A DNA stretch of 64,000 bases from Lama glama (GCA_028534125.1 CM052818.1:18788001-18852000); one strand, 5' to 3'; shown: positions 13,000 to 26,560, counted from the stretch's first letter. A program made the numbers and translations. Notes: generated by a model not told the origin, from the letters alone.

Positions 13000-13523
13000 C
13001 TATTTTTTCCTCTGCTTTTGATTTTGTATCTTTGCAGTACTTATTAGGGAACCTAGACATGTACGAATTCCAGCAAGGTGGAGCAGAGATCCAGCTGCCT
13101 CCTTGAGCTCCTCATCAATTTCTTGACATGACTGTTTTTGTCTCTTTTTGCCTGGTTGCCCTTGTTCAGAGGTATCTGTACAAGCCTGGGATGCATAGCC
13201 ACTGTCTCCAAGAGGGTCATCTTCATAATCAACGTCTGTATCTTCTTCACTGTGAAATCCTTCACTGCCGTCACTTCCTACATGGCTACTCTTTGGGATA
13301 AATTCATATACCTCATCCACAGAAGACAGGGAAGACACACTAGACCTGGATGCACAACGCTGTGCTGCCATGCTACTTGCACTGTAATTGTGGTCTTCTT
13401 TTGGATCGATGCTGGTGGCTAAAGAATCACTCTCATGTAATCGCACTGCACTGGAATGATTAAATGCATTGCCATAACTCCTCTTTTTTTGCACTGCTGT
13501 TTTAAGAGGAATGGGCTTCTCAC
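13000..13523 (-). CDS. FOXN2: FOXN2 last coding exon (exon 7, coding part)
   Basis: ttttccacag|GTGAGAAGCCC. Translates (C)EKPIPLK...EDHNYS...DSGYAS...EAAGSLLHLAG...KQRKK with TAG at 13000-13002; 524 nt. The total CDS of 1320 nt closes in frame. Confidence 0.97.
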
Positions 13524-13759
13524 CTGTGGAAAATAAAGCTTCGATCAATAAATCAAATGCATTTGATCACAAAAACAGGCCATTTAAAACTACTATATCA
13601 TTCCTGAATAGGCCAATTTAGATTGGCAATGTTTTGTAGGTGGTTTTATTTTACACAGACCATATCATCCTATAGGTATTAATCTGAAACATTTTAAACC
13701 ACTTAATGGTATGTCTCGATCTTTGCCTGGAAAATATAATTATTTTGAGCTGCCTGCAC

Positions 13760-14500
13760 AGAATGCCTCAATATCAACGTGCCACTGTCTAGCTAACCAT
13801 TTCCTTGTTGATATTTAGGTTGTTGCCAATTTTTCATTATTACAAATAAACCACAATGAAAACCCTTCTGGATGCCTGTTCTCACACATATGCAAGAGAT
13901 AACAAGAAACAGAATTACTAAGTAAAAGAATAAACACATTTTAAATTATAATTGGTGTTTCCAAATTGCCCTCCAAAACGGTTGCACCAATTTATATCCT
14001 ACAGTGTATGATAATATCCAATTCTATACTTAACCTCTAATGTCATTTTAATTTTTCATAATCTCATGGACAAAAATATAGTATCTCAATATTGTTTCAT
14101 TTTGCATCTCCCTGATTTCTAAAGGCATCTTTTCAAATGTGTGCTGTCCATCTATATATTTCCTCCTCTGAGACCTACCTATTCATATATTTTGCTGGCT
14201 CTTCTGTTGAACTGTTTTCTTATTTCTTACTTATAGGATCATTTTATATTAATGTGTATATTCGATATTAATCCTTTGTTACATACAGTAAGGAAATGTT
14301 CTCCCAGTGGTGTGTTTATTACTTTTCTTAAAGATATCTTCTGTTCTCAGAACTCTAAAAATTTGATGTTTAATTAAATTTACTCATCTTTTACGAATAT
14401 TGCACTTTGTATCTCAAAGGTGTCTTTTGCCATTTCAAGATTATAAACATACTTTTGAATGTTTTCTTATTTATAGCTTTCATTTTTACTTAAATTTTTA
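13760..14500 (-). mobile_element. Old L1 (L1M/ME) remnant in intron 6
   Basis: atttaggttgttgccaattttt, ccaaattgccctccaaaacggttgcaccaattta, ttgcatctccctgatt. Confidence 0.7.
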
Positions 14501-14763
14501 AGATTAATTTCTAAAAATGCTACTTATTTCTTTATTTCTTGGTCAATGTAACAAGATCTATCACATCATTAACCTCAATCTCTCAACTGTTCACATAAAT
14601 GAACAGAAATACAATAAAATGGAAACTGAATTATTCAGATGAAAACACGATTTAGTTGGAAAGAAGAAATTCTGTCTGTAACACTGAAATATTTTGCATG
14701 CTAAATGACATTTGAAAGGAACTCACAAAAATGTATTTTAAAAAGAAAAGCATGATTGCTTAC

Positions 14764-14832
14764 ATTCTAAAATTCCTTGTTCTATAGAAGTATTTAAAAG
14801 CATCATTGCAGTGGCAGCATCAATATCAGATT
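14764..14832 (-). CDS. FOXN2: FOXN2 exon 6
   Basis: ttctttttcag|AATCTGATATTG...TTAGAAT|gtaagc. Translates (E)SDIDAATAMMLLNTSIEQGILE; 69 nt, phase 1 to 1. Confidence 0.95.
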
Positions 14833-16239
14833 CTGAAAAAGAATGGTAATATTAATATTCTTTATAAAAGAGAGGCTGTTATAAGTATTTGTGTGTACCC
14901 AAAGTTAACCAACTTATCAAGGTTTTGGTGTATTTTCTACTTAAAAATATACATATATGTACATACACACGCATGTGCATACACACAAATACACTTTAAA
15001 CAAAATGAGGTACATATTATTTTGCAATCGCTTTTGTTCACTTAAAATTATGAACAGTATTGTATAATGAATTGCGAGGTACTAGAGTTCATGAAAGTTC
15101 TCTTTTTCACAATGAAAATAAGAAACTGACCTACATTTCAGTAAGGATTGCCCTTAAACAGATTAAATTAACTAAAAATGCACAAAATATTAGTACTGAC
15201 TTCAGTTATAACTATATACAAGCCTTAAGTACTACAGGTTTATATAATACTCAGGAGCTCAAACACAATTATGGATATCCCATAGAAAAACAGGCTTTTA
15301 AAAGGTTGGTAAAATCAGCAGGTTCTATTCTAGGTAAGGTCTTTATGGTCTCATATCTACTTTTAAACTGAAAGTTCCTCTCCATCTTGGTGATCTGTTA
15401 GTCTGAATAATTGCAATCAAATAAAAGTGAAATGGTATAATCTAAAATGTAAAAAGAAAGTTAGAAAATGTTTGTAAATTTTAGATTACAAAGAGTAAGT
15501 TTAAAATAAGACTCAGATATGAAAGCTCCCATTTCTCTCTCAAAGATGGAAAATTTTTATTACTACAAAGCTTTCCATTTTACTTGTAATATCTGATTAT
15601 AAAGTTACTTTAGATAATAAAGCCATGAGGATATTGACTTGCTTTCTCCTCATCTTGACCACAAACTCTGTGAAGGCAGGAATGTTATTATTATTGACCT
15701 TAATAAACAGGCCTAAGTAAATCAGAAAGACTGTTCTATGAGGGGGCACATAATATTGCACTCTTTTCCCTTGATACTGAATGTCTTCCTGGTTAGTCTG
15801 TCAGCTTCTTTAAGGTAAGAATCATGTCTTATCCTCTATGTTCCATAATGCCTGGAACAAACAGTAGTTCCTTGATAAATGTGTGAAGAATATATTACAT
15901 CTTTCCCCTCCTTTCCTTAGATTAAGCTAATTATCACCAAATTACTAACACTGAGTAGTTTCAACAGGCTTGGTATGTTCTAAGTATTATTACTCACCTA
16001 ATCCTCACAAGCTTGTGGTGGGTACTGTTAGTATTTCCATCTTAAAGATGAGAAAATAGACAAACAGGGGTCTCTAGGAATGACAGAAGTGGGATTTAAA
16101 CCTGAGTAGTCCACCTCCAGAACCCAGGCCTTCAATCTGTACTCTATCATCACCCCTTAATACTTCCTAGGCATCATAATTAGAGAAGGAAGTTTTGTAG
16201 AAAATTACAGAATATCCTGGAAATTAAATTCTCTATTCT

Positions 16240-16570
16240 GTTATTCACTCAATAAGCTGAGTGTCCTGTTAGGAGGCTGACACCATTCCAGGCTGCGGGA
16301 ATATAGCAGAAAGCAAAACAGGAAAATCCCTAACCTCTCAGAACACAAAGAAATACAGCATATCAGAGAGTAATAAATACTAGGGAGAAGAATTAAGAGG
16401 GAAGGGAGATAGAGAATGTGGGGAAAGGTGGTTGCAATTTTAAATACAGAGGTTAGGGAAGGCCTCAAGGAGAGGTAAGGTTGAGCAAAAACCTCAGGGA
16501 GGTAAGAGAATGAAAGCATGCAGATATCCAAAGGAAGAGCATTTCAGACAAAAAGAACAGCAAGCAAAAA
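16240..16570 (-). mobile_element. L2 fragment
   Basis: ttattcactcaataagctgagtg...gttgcaattttaaatacagaggttagggaaggcctc...aaggaagagcatttcagaca. Confidence 0.7.
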
Positions 16571-19500
16571 GAATTTCAATCAATGATTCCCATACGCCAC
16601 AGCCATAAGGCTAGCAAAAGAAAGATCTCTCTAATTCCTGTCTTTTAGAATGAGACCTGACTAAAATATGACAGAGTTCTGTATTCTAACATGTCTTTAA
16701 AGAAAAAAAGGTGCAGCTCTAGCCCATATTGTGTCTCTGTGTGAACTGGAAAAAAAAAAGCAACTTGCCTCCAGGTGAAAGCTTCCCTGTACCAAAGCAC
16801 ACAGCTTGAGGACTAGAGTGTAGGATGATTTCAGAGCCTCTCATTGCCTCAGCCAGGTGTCCTTGTGCAGGGCGTGACTTGCATGGCATTATGCAAAATC
16901 CCTAACAGAGATTCCTGCTCAATGAAATAATTTTTCATTTAATTAAAAAAAATCTACCTTGTTTCCAATTTTATTTAAGAAAAAGGGAAGTGATGGTGAG
17001 AATCTAACACTGAAATGCATTATACTGAGGAAACAATTTCAGGAAATTTATAATCTTATAAAGGAAGCACCTATAAAACATTCTTAGTAAAAAAAATTAG
17101 TATAAAAAGTATATCTCTAACTTATAGTAACTTAGCAATTAGTAATAACTTGGTAAAAAAAAAAGCATATCTCTAACTTGACCTCTTATAGTAAACTTCT
17201 ATTACAATTCAAGGAGTCATATTTCTGAAACACAATACCTAAAACTAGAGAAAATTGATCAAGAGATTTACTGTGACAAAATAAAAAAGCTGCACGAACA
17301 TCATTTCTTAAAATAATAACAAAATTAGGTACTGCTTCTATAATGCTAGAATGATAGGAAAAGTGTGCCTTAAATACAGTTAATTCTTACAGGAATTTGT
17401 TTTAGCCAAGTTAATTTGAATTCTCCCACATGAAGTTAACTTCATGAAACCAAAAACTTCTTTGCAAAAGGATTTTAGGTACATCTGATTTGTTTGGCTA
17501 AGTATGCTTCCCACAATGTCCTGCCAATTAACTGAAAAAAAGGTTTAAACTTCAATGTTAAAATATGAACTAGAGAAATGACCCAAAACACTTCGCAATC
17601 AAGAACACCTGATTATCCATGATTTGTTCAAAGTACTATCTTGAACTTCTTGGAACAAAAACTGTCTGTGTACACTTTACAATTTTTACTTATAATATTA
17701 AAATTAAACTGAGGACTTAGTTGTTTATTGACACATCTGAAAACATTTCATAGTATTACTTTTTCATTAATAAGTACTTTATGCTATTTTAAAGACTGCT
17801 CTGTTTTTTTAATAAACATACTATCAGCTCTATTATCTAATATTTTCTGTTCATAAAGCATGAAATTTGGCTCTTTTATAAAGTCTCTTGTATATATTTT
17901 CTCTGACACTATTTAGGTGAATCATATAATTCACTTTCAGCTGAAAATCATTTGTCATCAGAGTCATCAAAACAGTGAGTTGAACAACAACAACAACAAC
18001 AACTTAGTTAAAAGTCATTATTATTTCCTTTTTTATCCTTCATAGTCCTGGCTGGAGTTCAAAACATGCTACTGATTTAATAACTGGTTCAAATAAATCT
18101 CTGTCAAAAGTGTTAATTTATACCTCCTGGTTTATATTTTCTTAGCCTTGATGCTAAGAAATTATTAAAAATAATTGAGAAGAAATTAAAAAGACGTCAG
18201 TTTTAGCTATGTGAAAGTGAGAGTTACAAGACAAACAAGTTTCTGTTATCTGATTCTCAGTCCATTTGCTTAAGGAATGATATGAGAATCACAGAGGCAG
18301 AATTTAAATGGTTATAGGCTATGTAATGACTACAATAGGGTTTACTGCCTCTATCAAAACCAACATACACATTTATAGGGCATCTAAACAGAGAAACTGT
18401 CTGGTGATTATTCAAAGAAGTAGGAGAGTGGTTTCAATAAATTACCAACACTTTAAGCTGCTTGGACAACCTGTTTACTTTCACTTCAATTAAGACACAA
18501 ATTATGCCGATTATGAACTTATTTTATACATAGTAGTTAGCACCTCTTAATCCTCTACTATATATCCTCTAATAATATTATCTTGCCCCTCTGCTGCTAT
18601 CATTTGATATAATTGCTTTGGTCCTTTTTATGTCTTGGAAGAAAGTTACTTAATTTCTCCAAAGTCCAGTTTTCTCTTTTTATAAGAGAGGGTCACAACA
18701 TCTCAAAGAGCTGTTGTAAGGATTAAGAAAGATAATGCATGCAAAATACCATAGGCAGGAACTCAATGCTAATTAATGTTATAATTTAGGAAGATGTTCA
18801 AACTCATTATGCTAAATAAGTTCTCTTTGATTTGGCTAACACTTGCTTAAACTTCTTCATTTGCCTTGCTCATGCTAAATGATCACATCTACAGTTACTG
18901 GACGGAGGCTACCCAGTCCTCTCTACGCTCTTAGGTTTCAGTCATACTTACCAACCTGCCGTTCCCAGCAACTGTTCTCCATCAAACCTCTATCCAAGGT
19001 TAAGTATCCTCCCAACTCCAGCTCAAGCACCACACTTTCTTCTCTAAGAGGCCTTTCCTGATCTACCTTTTAGTTTGCCACCCACTTCCTTTTTTCACAG
19101 TATACTCTGCATAATTCCAGTTGATCTTCTTCAATTAAACTATATGTTTTCTGAGAGCAGAGCCTGGATCTCTTTCATTTCTGCATATCTCAAAGCACCC
19201 AGGTCAGTGTTTGGCACTGAGGAGGAATTCAGCAATTACTTGGGAGAATAAACTGTTGAATGTTTAATAGATTTATTGCTGTATTTTTCAAACTTTTCCC
19301 TAGAAATAATATCAAGAATTAAGAAAAAGCAAATTTCCTCAAAAGTCTATGAATATGTGCTAGAGCAACCTGATTTAAACACAAAATTTTTTACAGTTTT
19401 TGTGTGGTATTATGTTTTTCTCTTAAAACTCATGAAAACTTTGTATTCTATTCCAGGACAGGCCTGCATTTGTTTTAACCTAGAATACCAACCACCCTTC

Positions 19501-20276
19501 CCACCAAGTTAATTATTACTAGGGGATAGGTCTAAGACTCAGAATTACAGAGACGGAGGAAAGTAAGGTGTTAGCAGCAATGGAGAGATGACGGATCATA
19601 TGTATAACTCATTAGATGAAGGAGAAGTACCTAGGCTCTAGTTGTGGAAGCTGCTCCCCAAAGGAAGAAGCAGAATTTGGATGGAATAGAACAAGAGCAA
19701 GAGATTCTAAATAAACCCCAGAATTTAAAAGAGAAAATGTTCTCCAAATGTGTATATGAACTAAGCTTAAAAGACTAGGAATCAGAACCTACTGAGGTAA
19801 TGCAAAGATAAAGGAAGTTTTGGCAATATCTGTAACAGAGAAATAATATTTTCCCACACAGGCAACAGGAAAATGGATACTTACGTTACATTAAGTCAGA
19901 ATATTATCTAAAGCAGACTCTCAACTCTTCCTTATTTTTACAGAACATCATTATATTGCTTCCTAGGTTCAGCTTAGTGTAGTTTCAAAGAATCAAAATG
20001 TCTCTGATACGTAGAAAGGCTTTTAGTCTGAGAATATCATTTTTAATGGTCATAGAAATACCTGAAGGCTCTAAAGCAATAATGCTAGGAAAACTTATGT
20101 TAATATATTACTAATCTATAACATTAACTATGAGTAGGGGAAAAAAACACTAATTCAGAATTTTGATCTACTTAAAGGCTACAAAATCTAAAAGTTAACT
20201 TATTGCTTTTTTCGTAAATTATACTTCTTTACACTTATTAACCTATAAAAGAAATATTCTGAATTATATTCTAATC

Positions 20277-20531
20277 CAGGGGTTGGCAAATTTCTTCAGT
20301 AAAGGGTGAGTAAGTAAATATTCTAGGCTTTGTAGGCCAAGAGGCAAAATTAAGGATACAATATAGAGGTCTCTGTTGCAACTACTTAACTGTCACTGAA
20401 GCCAGTTTTCACATGCCTCAAAATATTATATTGATTTTTTCAACCATTTACAAATGTAAAACTATCCCTAACTCACAAGTCACACAAAAACAGGCAGCAG
20501 GCCAGACATGGGCCACAGTTTATAACCTCTA
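20277..20531. mobile_element. hAT-Charlie MITE (MER58-like)
   Basis: caggggttggcaaattt...aaatattctaggctttgtaggcca...ggcagcaggccagacatgggccacagtttataacctct. Confidence 0.8.
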
Positions 20532-20789
20532 CTCTAGTTCAAGACAGACTTGAAAAGATAACTCTCCACTGATGGTATTGCTGAGAAATATATTCAAGGA
20601 AAAGTACACATAAAAGGAAATGAAAAAAGGGATGTAAAACAGTGTACACAGTACAAGCCCAGTATTTGGAGAAAAAGTGTGTGTGTTGTGGCGGGGTGTG
20701 GTGGGGCAGGGTGTATGTGCATGCATATGCATAAGGTATAAAAAAGGACCAAATCAATTATATCAAAATGGTAGCAGCAGAGGGATAAG

Positions 20790-21010
20790 AAAGATAGGGG
20801 AAGGAGATGAAGATGTACAGCTACTACGTATAAAAAAAATAAGCTACAAAAACATATTGTACGACACAGGGAATATAACCAGTATTTTATAGTAACTATA
20901 ACCTTAAAAGAGTATAACCTTAAAAAATTGTGAACCAATATGTTGTACATCTGAAACTTTAATTTTTCAAATCCTCTACAAGGAACACATAATATTTTTA
21001 CAATTAGAAA
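20790..21010 (+). mobile_element. L1 3' end fragment
   Basis: gatgaagatgtacagctactacgtataaaa...cacagggaatataaccagtattttatagtaactata...tgttgtacatctgaaact. Confidence 0.7.
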
Positions 21011-21078
21011 ATAATTAAACAAAAACTCTGATTTTTGATCTGAGTTTTTATGACTTAAAATAATGATCTTTCACATAC

Positions 21079-21143
21079 CTTTGAGAGTTCGCACCTGGTT
21101 CTGCTTGAGCACAGAGCTTAAGTAGTGAGGGGATAAAGAGCCA
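21079..21143 (-). CDS. FOXN2: FOXN2 exon 5
   Basis: ctcatttttcag|TGGCTCTTTA...CTCAAAG|gtatgt. Translates (S)GSLSPHYLSSVLKQNQVRTLK; 65 nt, phase 2 to 1. Confidence 0.95.
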
Positions 21144-23407
21144 CTGAAAAATGAGATAGTACAAATATAAAAATCTTTTCACATTTTACAGAACTTAGCC
21201 ACAAATACAACTAATTTGTACAATAAAAAACACAAACTATTTTTACCTTATTTTCTTTGCTAAAACTATTCAGTTTAGGAAGAGTCTGCCAAAGCAGAAA
21301 GAGCATAAGATCCAAGATTAAATCACAACTATTTGGACGTTCACAACTATTTGGACGTTCTTAGGCAAAATAATTAATCTCTTAGTGTCTTCATCTGTAA
21401 AATAGGAATAATTAAACCTCCCACATAGGGTTGCTGTGATAATTAAATAAGAATAATGAATTTAAAATGCCTGGAACAAAAGACAATACATAATAGTTAC
21501 TGTTCGATTTGAACTAGATGCTTAAATTTGATATATTACAGGTGTTACTATAGAAATCAAAGTGTTTATCAAAACAATGTTTAAGGAGGACTGTATAATA
21601 ATGACTAAAAATAGGTAAGTTCCTGATTTAATTACTACATACCAATATCAAATTAAAATCTCTAAATTCATGAAAAGAGATCAGAGTTTTTTTTTTAATT
21701 CCAAAAATTGAAACATTTGGGGGACAAACTACTTCTCTTCTCTAGAATATGTGATAGTATCAAAAAAAAATCTGTTTTGCTAATTAAACTAAAAGTCTAT
21801 TTCTTAGTCACAGTTTTATATTCACTATAGCTCCTTCTCTTCCTTAGACTTAACAATTATGACATGAAAGGGCTACACAAAGGCATGTCAGATGGAACTG
21901 CCATTTTGTCAAACAATGACAAAATGTTTCTGAAGATATTACAGTAATGTTTTAAAGTCAAAGATTATAACCATTATGCTGTTGTTCTATCCACCTATTT
22001 TTAAGCCACAAGATCATCTTAAACATACAAACATGGCAAAGCTAAAAAATATAAATATGAAAATGCATCATATCAAAGGCACAGGAAAGTATATATTTCA
22101 TGGTATACAAAAGAGCGCCAATTCTCCCATTTAATTTTTAATTAAAAAACATCATTAAATAAAATACAAAAGGACTACCAGTAGAACTTACCATTAATTT
22201 CTAAATTATTATTTTTTTTAACTAGGACATCTCATAAGCACCAACATTAACTAATAAGGTATCAATCAACTCCCAAACAATGAGAATATAAACTCTAAAA
22301 ACATCTTTTCTAGGTTTCATTCCATAAGGATAAATCAGTTCTTCTTACAATGATCTTTCTAATCTCTTTCTCATCTACTAATATGGTAAATTAACTTAAA
22401 ATCTTAGTGAGTATATATATATATTATTCAACTTTAGTCTTAACTTTTTTTTTTACTGTATGTCAGCTACCAATCTTTTAAGAAATTAGACACTATATGA
22501 AATGTTGATAATTATTTCAACTGGGAGTTCACACTCTCCTACTTTTGTGTATGTTTCAAATTTTCCATTATTTTATTTAAAAGCTTTCAAAAATTGCTTT
22601 TTAGAAATTGCTTTTTAGGGTAGTCTACAATGGGTATTTTGATAAAATCTGTCATTTTCAATTCAAATGAGTATATGTAACAGAATTTAAAAAAAAAAGA
22701 TTCTGAAGTCTTTGTTAGAAAAAGGGAACAATCAGATTTAAGGATGTTGTATCATTTTCAGATTTGATTTAAAATGGGAAAGCTGTAAGATCAATAAAAG
22801 TCACTGAGTTTGAAAACAAAAGCCAAGGAAAATCATAATTACATTTATCAGCAGAAACAAAATAAAAAACTCCAAAGCATTATTTTACTTGCCACCATTT
22901 TAAAATTTGAGATTTGAACCTAATTTTCAAATATTAAACATGCTGTGAGAGAAAAAAACTTAAAATAGACAAAGAAATATAAATACACATATAAAAATGT
23001 TGCAATGACAAACTTATCTTAAGCACCTTATTTAAAAAATTTTAGTATATTTTTACTTTGCCGAGTCTTTAGGTCAGCATTAGTACTGTAGACAATTAAA
23101 ATGATTGAACCTTTACAAAAATATTTCAGGTTATACCTGAAACCATATTATAAACGTTTAGCTAGAATATATTCAGTATTGACAATATTTTTCAGAATTC
23201 ATGTTCTCACCTATCCAATATCCTATTTCTTAATTATGTAAGTTGGATCATAAGTAAAAATGTCTTAGGCTAACATCTTATCGATGTAAAAATAATTCTC
23301 CATATAATTAAAAACCTTCAAAACCTTAGAAGTTTGTTAATTTTCTCCATCTTATACAATGAAATCTTATATATCCATCACCGACATTAATAGGAAAGAT
23401 CCTGTAC

Positions 23408-23532
23408 CTCTGGGGTGATGCAGGAGGGGTGTAAAAAGTTGATTTAGAGGGAAAAGGTTGCTTCTTCAGTGCCTGCACAAGGTTGGGTTTATATTCTGGA
23501 TCAACACACCATAAGGAGCCTTTCCCATTAAC
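23408..23532 (-). CDS. FOXN2: FOXN2 exon 4 (end of forkhead domain)
   Basis: tattttattctag|GTTAATGGGAAAGG...CCCCAGAG|gtacag. Translates [41 protein letters not shown]; 125 nt, ends phase 2. Not in the ORF track; read by hand. Confidence 0.95.
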
Positions 23533-25749
23533 CTAGAATAAAATACACAAGAATTAATAACCTGAACTTTAAGACATACACAATCAGTGTCTGAATGTTT
23601 TTAGTATCTCTGGGACAATAGTCCCTCATTTGTAACAAAGGGATAATAACAGTATCTACCTCATAGGGTTGTTCTGTGGATTAAATTATACATAAAATGT
23701 TCTGCACAGTGCCTGGCACACAGGGCCACAGGACCACACAACTCTAGGACATGTCATTCACATCACAGTTTGTGAGAATGACACAACCCCAAGTTGTGTG
23801 GAGAAGAGCATGAAGGGCTATACAAGGCGACCCTCCACGTGCTAAGATGTCAACAAATGTTAGCCATTATTATTGCATTATTATTGTTAGAAACAAGAAA
23901 AAAAGTAAAAAGTAGGTAGTGTCATTTCCCCAAACATAACAAGCAATAAGATATTAGGTGATGCATCAAAAAATAATTTTATTTTTTAACAGCATTAACA
24001 CTAGTGTTTAAGTTCCCATTTAAACTGTTTAAATTCAAAGCGAACAATTTAATGAAAAGCATGTTGAAAGTTTCAAAGAGTAGCAAGCCAAAAACTGAGG
24101 CATGGAAAAGATCCCTGTAAAAGATAAAACTGAGGAAGAAACACAATCCGTTCCCCCTTCCCTCAAGATGGTTAAGTTACAGCATTTGAGGGACTTCTGG
24201 ATGATATGGTAATGAGCACACAAGCCGAGATCTCACAGAAATAATCAATAGAATCTAAAAACAATAGAATTTGTAAGATTACTGAAAACTAGAGAAAACA
24301 TAAATAAAAGTGCCTCCTAAACTGAAAATTAGAAGTGCCTGAAAGAACAGACTGCCTACTCCACAATACCTAGTAAGAAGGAAGAGCTTACCAGGAGGAT
24401 AAGTGGACAAGATAACTGAAGAATCTCGCTAAAATCATCTAACATGCAGTGGAAAGGCCAGGCTATAATTCCTTCAAACAGATTTGAAAAATGCTGCATA
24501 TTTTACCTCTTTCCTTCTTAGAAGTTCACATTACATATTAGCAGATTAAAGAGTCCTAAATTAGTCCTGCTTTAATTAAACCTGTTTCATGTAGTCTCCC
24601 AAAAGTTGTTTGACATAGAATTTCTTTCTCCCAGGAAATATCTGAGGAAACTAGTGCTCTGTGGAATACCTATGAGAAAAACTGATATAATTAATGAATT
24701 CTTATAGAATATATTTTCCAATTAATGGAAAAAACTATACACATTAATTAGACCATGAAGAAAAATAAATTCTCCTTTGAAGGTTACTCTAGCGCAGAAA
24801 GAACAACAACAACAACAAAAAAATGATCCCAACAAGAAAATTCACTGACCACTTGGATATTTATAAATACCTGAATTAAAAACATATCCGAACTACAGTT
24901 ACAGATTATTGAGTAAATAAAGGGTATAAGAAACACAGTTACATCAAAAAAAAGTGGATGTGGTCACAGTTTTACTTAAAGGCAAATTTAAACAAAAATT
25001 GAAATGTATGAAATAAGTTTTTATCACATCTGGGAAGAAAAACAGAAAAAAATTATATAATGTAGATATATAGAAATAAAATTGATAAACTGAAAAACTA
25101 GATATTAGGAACAGAATAAAACTGATAAATAAATTCAATAGAGTACTCTAAAAAAACCATCAGTATGCTACACACACTAGTTGAGCTAGTCAAATGAAAT
25201 AACTGAAGGGCTTCAGGAGCTGTGATGTCATCTGCTAATTCTTCTCTCAGGATAAATCTTTCCTACTTCCTTAGTTGAACATCCATCCCCACCTACACAT
25301 CCTGAACAGAAGCCTAACTAGAAGCATACCTCTACAAATGTACCACACCTGCCCACAGCCTACACAAAGAACTCCACAGCCATACAAGGAGGAAGTCCAA
25401 CTGTAAACCCATTCCACTTCCCCAGAGCTAAACACTAACTTGTAGTTAATAGTGTAAACTTGGGGTTAGAATGTCTACTTTGGAATCCTGGTTCAAACAC
25501 TTAACTGCTGTGTAACCTTTAGAAAAATGTCTATGTTCTCTGTGTACTGGTATGCTCAAAATATATTTAATAAAACTTTTAAAGATACAATGTCAAAACT
25601 AAATATAAGGTACAACTTAACCCCTCTCCCACCATGATGATATACAAAACTTCCTTAGACTCTCAGAACTAACTCACAAGTTTAGTGACATTCAACACAT
25701 TAACTTATTAATTTTTATCTTTATATTACACCTTTTCTATTTGAAAAAC

Positions 25750-26560
25750 CTTTTTTAAAAAATTGAAGTATGGTTGATTTACAATGTTGTGTTAGTTTCA
25801 GGTGTATAGCAAAGTGACTCAGATATATATAAAAACTTTTTCAGATTCTCTTCCATTATAGGTTATTACAAGGTACTGAATATAGTTCCCTGTGCTAAAC
25901 AGTAGTTCCTTGTTTATCTATTTCATATAGAGTAGTATGTACCTATTAATCCCAAACTCCTAATTTATCCCTCCCAAACTTTTCCCTTTTGGTAACCATA
26001 AGTTTGTTTTCTATGTTTGTGAGTCTGACTCCATTTTGTAAATAAGTTCATCTGTATCATTTTTTTTAGATTCCACATATAAGTGATATCATATAAATTC
26101 GTCTTTGTCTGACATACTTGACTTAGTATGATAATCTCTAGGTCCATCCATGTTGCTGCAAATGGCAATATTGCATTCTTTTTTATGGCTGAAGAATATT
26201 CCACTGTATATGTATACCACATCTTCTTTATTCATTCATCTGTTAATGGACACAGTTTGCTTCCACATCTTTATGGTGACTCTATTTTTAGTTTTTTAAT
26301 GAACCACCGTATTTTTCTCCACAGTGGCTGCACCAATTACATTCCTAACAAAAGTGTAGGAGGGTTTCCTTTTCTCCACATCCTCTCTAGCATTTATTAT
26401 TTTTAGACTTGCTGATGACAGCCATTCTGACCGCTGTAAGCTGATACCTCATTGTAGTTTTCATTTGCATTTCTCTAATAATTAGCAATGTTGAACATCT
26501 TTTCATGTACCTAGTGGCCATCTGTATGTCTTCTTTGCAGAAATATCTACCCATCTTCTG
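25750..26560 (-). mobile_element. Relatively young L1 3' end (ORF2 C-terminus + 3'UTR)
   Basis: ORF track MWYTYTVEYSSAIKKNAILPFAATWMDLEIIILSQV is the L1 ORF2 C-terminal motif; T-rich tail at ~25750. Confidence 0.9.

Noticed and set aside
13524..13548. N-terminal MIEALFSTG of the 182-aa ORF
   Set aside because: Intron 6 polypyrimidine tract and acceptor, not coding.
19877..19910. Strong minus-strand donor-like AAC|gtaagtat in intron 5 (possible poison micro-exon)
   Set aside because: The upstream acceptor is weak and such motifs are common. No support without RNA data.
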